64,000 nt of DNA. It comes from Bacillota bacterium. GTDB lineage: Bacteria > Bacillota > SHA-98 > UBA4971. The notes under the pieces are model-generated. The model made no database searches. It was not told the origin of the DNA and saw only the letters and a list, made by a program, of their open reading frames with translations. This document shows positions 58,701-64,000 of this stretch, in pieces. Each line of letters starts with the position of its first letter. The first letter of the stretch is position 1. A program made the position numbers and the translations under genes. Location: NCBI GenBank assembly GCA_024653485.1, contig JANLFY010000010.1, positions 54,508 through 118,507 of the forward strand, given 5' to 3'.

Positions 58701-60836
58701 GATGTCTTCGCGCGTCCAGGCAGCGGGTTCGATGCCGTGGTCGGGAATCCGCCGTGGGAGATCCAGAAGCCGAACTCCAAGGAGTTCTTTTCGAACATCG
58801 ACCCGCTTTACCGAACCTACGGCAAACAGGAGGCCCTCGATAAGCAGTCAGAGTACTTCCAGCGCAGCGCTGACGACGAGCGAAACTGGCTGGCGTATTG
58901 TGCCAGGCTCAAAGCTCTCTCGAACTGGGTAAAGAACGCGGGCCTCCCTTTCGGTGATGGGGAGGAAGGGAGCGCGACTTTCGGTCTGGGCAGAAGCGAC
59001 AGCCGCTTGCTCGACGAATGGCGGGCGCGACGCGCTGCGCGAAGGGGCTACGCTGACCCAGAGCACGCGTTCAGATACCAAGGTTCAGCGGACATCAACA
59101 CGTACAAGATGTTCCTGGAACAGGCACATGCTCTCCTTCGCGAGGGAGGTCGGATGGGCATTGTGGTGCCTTCCGGGGTGTACACGGACAAGGGTGCCTC
59201 TGACCTCAGGAAGCTCCTTCTTGCCCGTTGCCGATGGGAGTGGCTGTTCGGGTTTGAGAACAGGGACAAGGTCTTTGACATCGATAGCCGTTTTAAGTTC
59301 TGCCCGATCGTTGTGCAGAAAGGCGGAGAGACAGAGTCCATCCAGACCGCCTTCATGCGCAGGAACCTCGCCGACTGGGAGGAGGGAGAGCGGTACGCCA
59401 TTCCTTACGCGCGGGTACAGGTGGAACGCTTCAGCCCCAACAGCCGGGCCATACTCGAGATACGCAACAGACGCGACCTGGAGATCCTCGAAAAGATCTA
59501 CGCAAACTCTGTTCTTCTCGGAGACGTGGGCCCCAGGGGGTGGCAGATCAAGTATGCCCGCGAGTTCGATATGACGACCGATTCGGAGTTGTTTCCCCCA
59601 CGCCCCTGGTGGGAGGCCCAGGGTTATCGGCCCGATGAGTACGGCCGCTGGCTCAAAGGCCGCTGGCACGAAGGCCGGCCTGCCGGACCTCGATGGGAGA
59701 TGGAGCCTGGCGTCATCCTGTCCGTGGACGGCACCGCGTGGATCCACGAAGACGAGATCGACGATATCGCACTGCCGTTGTATGAGGGCCGGATGATTGG
59801 GCAGTTTGACTTCAGCCAGAAGGGCTGGGTGCGCGGGAAGGGCCGCGGCGCGGTGTGGCGGGAGATGAGCTGGGCGGCAAAAGTGTTTGAGCCCCAATAC
59901 TTGATGGCTCTTGAGACATGCAGGATGAGTGAGTGCCCAGTCCTAGGTTGCAAGATGCCCGTAATGAACATAAGTAGCGCAACAAACTCACGTACTGTCG
60001 TTGGAGCGTTCGCAAAGGATTTCCCGTGCAATCATTCGTTGAATCCGATACGCTCGGGCTCTCTCCAAAGACTACTCGCTGGAGTTGCTATCTTCAACTC
60101 GTGGGTCTTCGACTTTGCAGTGAGAGCGCGAATGGGTGGGGTAAACCTGAGCTACTTCGTCCTCGATGAAGTTCCCATGGTTCAACCCGGTGCTGCTGAC
60201 TGCCTTCCACTAATCGCTGCGTCAACATCGCTTTCGCTGGCGCATAGATGGTTCTCACCAGAGTGGCTCAAGGTTGCGTCCTACGTTAAGCCCTGTGTAA
60301 AAACTGATGGACAGAGCATACAGGCGGCGTGGGAACAACGGTGGGCCCTGACAGCTCAGGAACGCCTGCGCCTCCGGTGCATCATCGATGCCATAGCCGC
60401 GGAGCTCTACGGGCTTGATTGGGACGACTTGGCCTGGATACTGCGTGAGTGCGATTATCCTGCTGAGAGGCTCCAAGACAAGACCTTCACACGAATGCTT
60501 GACCCGAAGGGCTTTTGGCGCGTGGACAAGGACAAGGATCCGGAGTTAAGACACACGGTGCTGACCTTGGCGGCGTTTAGGGACTTGAAGGAGATTATCG
60601 CCTCTGAAGGCGACAGGGATAAAGGCATCGAGGTATTCTGCAGCATGAACGGCGGCGAGGGCTGGATGCTCCCCGAGACGGTGAGGCTCGCTGATCTCGG
60701 CCTTGGACATGATGAACGGGCGAAGCGGGCGCAGCCCGTTCGCGAGCGTCTGGGGGGCGGTTCCTGCCTTGGCAGTTGGAGGCCTCTCCAGAAAAGTCCT
60801 GGAAGGAGTGCCGGCTGCACGCCCGCAACCTCCTAG
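55767..60836 (+). CDS. drmMI: giant (1692 aa) N6-adenine DNA methyltransferase, Eco57I/PglX/DrmMI-like (gamma-class motif order)
   Basis: Motif I KVCDPACGSGSFL; motif IV VVGNPPWEI (NPPW); long flanking N- and C-terminal regions with an acidic low-complexity insert (EESGEENEDEETAGDEDTDEAEPDDDGAEPEDDGSEE). GGGAGGTGA ribosome-binding site; the start overlaps the upstream stop codon. Confidence 0.8.
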   Translation: MAASEAAALRYTADESYAWWASLRHGGLLIAPSHLAQNFPPDLSPLPRHLEDRLRRDIMRASDGRTESLASLLDTVLEDVLGLENDTSGAATKGRWFKGGDVPSEWSSQGMTGEIIKPRRLWKGPHGALLPVFVESERAARLGTGRGRRTTSRVIEWLRHKGERIALLTNGRQWRLVYAGLDHDAFAEWDTALWFEEGRTGLQVTALRALLGRDALVPSADGQPCALLAAIVASRKGQAELSTALGERVRQAVELLIREHSLALENADLSVKSADIYHAATRVVMRMVVALFAEARDLLPRDNPIYHGSYGLGGLREMLDRSGGGAGSDRLRHQFTAWPRILALFRLVYEGSPHEALPVPRYAGNLFEQGDPCSDDPVRRALSVFEDPENSPNDAAVHEMLTLLCHSRVKIRQGRNSMWIDAPVDFSDLSSEYVGMLYEGLLDFELRRASDGDPIVFLNLGDQPALPLSRLEALDDKAVARLVEKSKERTRRIVSEESGEENEDEETAGDEDTDEAEPDDDGAEPEDDGSEESGEPADGEETPGASPSGGGAGDDARRAATERAWRWALRAVKVGRLVHRPRSSSPAALREYEALCGQAAKRLVARVVLPGEWYLVRWGGTRKGAGTFYTRPQLAVPTIHRTLRPLAYETPIGPDGPADDSGNASASRWIPRRPEEILALKVCDPACGSGSFLTAALRFLTDALVESLHYHGRIRNQGERAVVTLAEGRPESGRLSDELLPCRPDSDGFEAQLRARLKRYVVERCIYGVDIDPLAVELARVALWIETMDPALPFSFLDHKVKVGNSLVGCWFDRFRDYPVLAWEREGGDSNHTRGVRFEKGTWTKAIKKFRNERIRGELKTWLEGRGYQLMLPLPELNVAPEAVHDEATALLERMHDFAVHESEERAVFYRDRILGNPAFQRLKEAFDTWCAIWFWPAERLEDAPTPLNFTDPPRVTRDLARQLASEHRFFHWELEFPDVFARPGSGFDAVVGNPPWEIQKPNSKEFFSNIDPLYRTYGKQEALDKQSEYFQRSADDERNWLAYCARLKALSNWVKNAGLPFGDGEEGSATFGLGRSDSRLLDEWRARRAARRGYADPEHAFRYQGSADINTYKMFLEQAHALLREGGRMGIVVPSGVYTDKGASDLRKLLLARCRWEWLFGFENRDKVFDIDSRFKFCPIVVQKGGETESIQTAFMRRNLADWEEGERYAIPYARVQVERFSPNSRAILEIRNRRDLEILEKIYANSVLLGDVGPRGWQIKYAREFDMTTDSELFPPRPWWEAQGYRPDEYGRWLKGRWHEGRPAGPRWEMEPGVILSVDGTAWIHEDEIDDIALPLYEGRMIGQFDFSQKGWVRGKGRGAVWREMSWAAKVFEPQYLMALETCRMSECPVLGCKMPVMNISSATNSRTVVGAFAKDFPCNHSLNPIRSGSLQRLLAGVAIFNSWVFDFAVRARMGGVNLSYFVLDEVPMVQPGAADCLPLIAASTSLSLAHRWFSPEWLKVASYVKPCVKTDGQSIQAAWEQRWALTAQERLRLRCIIDAIAAELYGLDWDDLAWILRECDYPAERLQDKTFTRMLDPKGFWRVDKDKDPELRHTVLTLAAFRDLKEIIASEGDRDKGIEVFCSMNGGEGWMLPETVRLADLGLGHDERAKRAQPVRERLGGGSCLGSWRPLQKSPGRSAGCTPATS

Positions 60837-61146
60837 GAGAGGAAGGCTACAAGAAGCTGATGGAAGAGCTTGATGCCGCGCAAGGCCATAAGGCCGGCGG
60901 GCTTTCAACAACTCCCACGGAGGAAGCCCGCTCCGAAGCCTCCGAAGTCTCTGGGGAGGCAGAGTGGCCAGCACTTGCTGCTGAGTCGCATCCTCCCTAC
61001 GGAGCAGGCACAGTCGTGGGGCGCACCCAGCTTACGTTGTTTCCCTCGGGTCAGAAGAACCTGTTTGGTGAGAACTCGGCCAGCATTCGGCCGAATAAAA
61101 GACGAACGCGCCGCTAGAAAACCGAGACAGGCTGGTGAGTTATGAG

Positions 61147-64000
61147 GTGGCTATCAACCCTGTCAGCTTCACCGAGAAGGTCGTGGGGGATTTCCTTCGC
61201 TACCAGTTGACCACCTATGCGTTTGCCGATCCGCTTCTCCACCGCCAGCTACGGGAGCTGCTCTCACTAGAGAGAACGAGACAGACGCCTCTTCTCAAAG
61301 GCCCCTACGTCAGCCTATCGCGCTCCTTCCGCATGGGAGCAAGCGTGTCAAGCCTAATCTCCGAAGGCCTTCTTCATCCGTTCATGGCGAACCTCATCCC
61401 GTACCAGCGCCTCTACGGCCATCAGGAGAAGGCTATCAGATCCATTCGTGCCGGGAAGACGACGCTCATCTCCACTGGCACCGGGTCGGGCAAGACGGAG
61501 TGTTTCCTCTATCCCATCATCAGCCGGTGTCTTGAACTTCGAGACGAAGGGGCCGCGCCCGGGATCGTCGCCGTCATTGTATATCCGATGAACGCTCTTG
61601 CTGAGGACCAGCTGGGGCGCTTGCGCGGGATACTGGCAGGCACGGGGATCCCCTTCGGGATGTATGTGGGCAAGACCCCAGAACGCGCAGCCGACGTTTC
61701 GGGGGAACAGCTACCTCCTGGTTCTTCCCGGGAAGCTTACCTCGCAAAGCTTGCTCAGGTGAGGGAGGAGCGCCGAAACGTCCCCGTGCGCCCGCCCGAG
61801 GAGCGCGCTTCCCGCGAGGAAATGCGCACGCCTGGAATGCAGCCGCGCATCCTGCTCACCAACGTGAAGCAACTAGAGCTGCTTCTGACCCGTCACGCTG
61901 ATGTGGAGCTGTTCGATGGCGCGCGTTTTGAGTTTCTGGTGTTCGATGAAGCACACACGTACGGGGGTGCGGCGGGCGCGGAGACAGCGTGCCTCGTCCG
62001 GCGGCTCCGTGCGTTTTGCGGCAAGAGTGCCGGTGAAGTGGCCCACGTTGCCACATCAGCAACCTTGGCGGACCCTGTCCACGGTTGCGAGGGTGCAAAG
62101 GCGTTCGCGGCGCGGTTCTTCGGCGTTCCCAGCGAGGACGTATCCCTTGTGGGGGAAGAGTATGAGCCGGATGAATGGGCGGCCGTGAGGCATCTGCCCT
62201 CCCCGCTGCCCGGGGATCCGTCCGTCCAGCTCAAGAACATCATTGATGCGATAGATGCTGGCGACGATGCCGGTCGCATGGTGCGCACACTGGTCCAAGC
62301 CATGACGGGAGCAAGGATCGACGCGGCGCACTGGCAGGAAGATCTCTACACCCTCCTTGCCCAGAACGAACTATGCTACCAGATCAGCGAGGCTCTGTCT
62401 CGCCCGAGAGCGCTCACGGATCTTGTAACAGAACTCCAGGATCGCGTGGGACGGCCTGTGCCTGAAGAGGAGGTGCTTGCCTGGCTTGCCCTCGGCGCCG
62501 CGTCCAGTAAGGAGGGTCGGCCGCTGCTCAGGCCGGTGATCCATGCCTTTGTTCGCGGCGTGGGCGGTGCGGTGGTCACGTTTCCGGAGGGGGAGCCCGG
62601 CCCACGGCTGTGGCTTTCCGCCGAAGACGAGCTCGCCACTCAAGGGGAGGACAGCCTCTTCCGCCTGCCGGTCATGACCTGCAACACCTGCGGCCAGCAC
62701 TACTTCGTCCACCACGTGAAGGACCTCGTCATAGCCCCGAACGGGCTGGGGGGTGGAGACGCGGTGGATAGCCGCAGAGTCTGGCCTGCGCTTGGACCCG
62801 AGCAGGAAGGCACGCGGGTGGTGCTCCTGGACCGTCTCGCGCTCTCAGACGAAGAGGACGGTGAGGTGCCACGCACACACAAGGTCTTCATGTGTCGCCG
62901 CTGCGGGGCGCTTCATCCCGAAGCCCTTGACCGCTGCGACGCGTGCGGGCGCGAGGGGGAGCTCGTGCCCCTGTTTGCCGTAGACCAGGACGAAAGGCGT
63001 AGGGGCTATCTGGTGTCCTGCCTTGCCTGCAGGACACTGGGCCGTGAGAGACCGGGCGGTTACAGAGAACCGGCTCGCCCGGTGCGCGCGGTGAGCGTGT
63101 CCGACGTGCACGTCCTGGCCCAGAACATGATCCATCACGCTGATCGACGCCGCCTGCTGGTCTTCGCAGACAATCGCCAGGAGGCAGCTTTCCAGGCCGG
63201 CTGGATGAAGGATCACGCGCGTCGTTTCCGGCTTCGCAGCCTGATGGCAGAGAAGATCTCGGAGGGTCCCATATCAGTCGGCGACCTAACAGCCCATCTG
63301 GACGAGAAGCTCAATGACGACGATGAGCTATCAAGGGGCCTCATTCCAGAGGTATGGCAGGTGGCCAGGAAGGAAGCCGAGGGAGTCCGACACGCCCAAG
63401 AACGCAGGTACTTCCTGCGTATCGCGGTGTTGAGAGAGGCCTCCACTGGTATTAGGCAGAGAGTCGGCCTCGAGCCCTGGGGCAGGATCAAGATAGACTA
63501 CCATGGCCTTACACCCGAACTCGCTTTCATCGGGGAATGGGCGAGCAGGCTCGGTATAGAGCCTGCGGAGCTCGTGGAAGGCATCAGCGCTCTTCTCGAC
63601 AACTATCGCCGTCAGATGTATCTCCTGGACCGTGACGGTCAGATCTTCTCACGTTTCTGGAAGGATGGAGACCGTGAGATCCAACAGGGGTACTTGCCCC
63701 TTCTGCAGGGAGTCCCGAGGGGCATGAAGCTTTTCAGGGAGGCGGACGACGACCGTGGGCGCGTAGCGCAGTGGCTCAGCCCGGTCGGCGATACGATCGT
63801 CAAACAAGCGGCGCGGGCCTGGGGCGTGCCCAATGACGACGTAGAGGACTTCGTGAAGGGATTATGGGACCTGCTGACCAAGGAACTTCAGATCTTGGCA
63901 CCGGTGACGCTAGCCGATGCCAGAGGGAATGCGTTGAGACACTGCGCCGGTGTGCGCCAGATCGATGCCGACCTCCTCAGGATCTCGCCCCACGATGGAG
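61147..64000 (+). CDS. drmA: DEAD/DEAH-box superfamily-2 helicase, DrmA-like (5' portion; ORF continues beyond the window end; absent from the supplied ORF track)
   Basis: Manual translation from GTG 61147 gives an uninterrupted ~950-codon frame. Q-motif/motif I LIPYQRLYGHQEKAIRSIRAGKTTLISTGTGSGKTE; motif II LVFDEAHTYGG (DEAH-like); later Cys clusters MTCNTCGQHY and CRRCG…CDACGRE (zinc ribbons). Confidence 0.7.
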   Translation, partial: MAINPVSFTEKVVGDFLRYQLTTYAFADPLLHRQLRELLSLERTRQTPLLKGPYVSLSRSFRMGASVSSLISEGLLHPFMANLIPYQRLYGHQEKAIRSIRAGKTTLISTGTGSGKTECFLYPIISRCLELRDEGAAPGIVAVIVYPMNALAEDQLGRLRGILAGTGIPFGMYVGKTPERAADVSGEQLPPGSSREAYLAKLAQVREERRNVPVRPPEERASREEMRTPGMQPRILLTNVKQLELLLTRHADVELFDGARFEFLVFDEAHTYGGAAGAETACLVRRLRAFCGKSAGEVAHVATSATLADPVHGCEGAKAFAARFFGVPSEDVSLVGEEYEPDEWAAVRHLPSPLPGDPSVQLKNIIDAIDAGDDAGRMVRTLVQAMTGARIDAAHWQEDLYTLLAQNELCYQISEALSRPRALTDLVTELQDRVGRPVPEEEVLAWLALGAASSKEGRPLLRPVIHAFVRGVGGAVVTFPEGEPGPRLWLSAEDELATQGEDSLFRLPVMTCNTCGQHYFVHHVKDLVIAPNGLGGGDAVDSRRVWPALGPEQEGTRVVLLDRLALSDEEDGEVPRTHKVFMCRRCGALHPEALDRCDACGREGELVPLFAVDQDERRRGYLVSCLACRTLGRERPGGYREPARPVRAVSVSDVHVLAQNMIHHADRRRLLVFADNRQEAAFQAGWMKDHARRFRLRSLMAEKISEGPISVGDLTAHLDEKLNDDDELSRGLIPEVWQVARKEAEGVRHAQERRYFLRIAVLREASTGIRQRVGLEPWGRIKIDYHGLTPELAFIGEWASRLGIEPAELVEGISALLDNYRRQMYLLDRDGQIFSRFWKDGDREIQQGYLPLLQGVPRGMKLFREADDDRGRVAQWLSPVGDTIVKQAARAWGVPNDDVEDFVKGLWDLLTKELQILAPVTLADARGNALRHCAGVRQIDADLLRISPHDG

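Noticed and set aside
1-64000. CRISPR arrays, rRNA genes
   Set aside because: No regularly spaced identical direct repeats of 24-48 bp and no rRNA-like conserved blocks seen; the only repeats are the 85-bp family (3 dispersed copies), the 9-bp in-frame repeats, and the 95-bp gene-fragment duplicate.

Overview
High-GC (~60-65%) bacterial chromosome segment. Gene content (GlpP antiterminator, RpiR/ROK regulators, BadF-type sugar kinase, DUF370, and a GlpA-like / FAD-oxidoreductase / DUF1667 trio) suggests a high-GC Firmicutes-like lineage; this is inference only. The window is a mosaic of four parts. (1) 1-14.4 kb is a variable, defense-island-like stretch. It holds a DnaQ-exonuclease fused to a UvrD C-terminal domain, a SAM methyltransferase, a DUF2207 membrane protein, a HigB/HigA toxin-antitoxin pair, a 1348-aa PHP-UvrD nuclease-helicase fusion with internal tandem repeats, DUF370, an HD hydrolase, an MNT/HepT toxin-antitoxin pair, and a chimeric response-regulator::FtsX-permease remnant. 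(2) 15.7-34.9 kb is an amino-sugar / N-acetylhexosamine-glycan utilisation locus. It holds an RpiR regulator, a ceramidase-like amidase, an SIS protein, GH84 and GH3 glycosidases, a GHL10 hydrolase, a sugar ABC transporter, an Eis-like GNAT, a BadF-type kinase, an M20 amidohydrolase, a Gfo/Idh/MocA oxidoreductase, a TIM-barrel isomerase and a ROK repressor. (3) 35-49.6 kb contains a frameshifted IS1634-family element that disrupts a solute-binding-protein gene, an Fe(III)-type ABC transporter, and a glycerol-3-phosphate cluster (GlpP, permease, HAD-IIA, GlpA-like / FAD-oxidoreductase / DUF1667). (4) 50.3-64 kb carries an MqsR-like toxin with a ZnF-HTH::Panacea (DUF4065) antitoxin, followed by what I read as a class 1 DISARM-type defense operon. 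The operon is an SNF2 helicase (DrmD-like), then a 1692-aa N6-adenine methyltransferase with NPPW motif (DrmMI-like), then a DEAD/DEAH helicase (DrmA-like) that runs off the window end and is missing from the supplied ORF track. An ~85-bp hairpin-containing intergenic repeat occurs three times. No rRNA, tRNA or CRISPR array was found. Many long antisense ORFs in the track are GC-driven artefacts.
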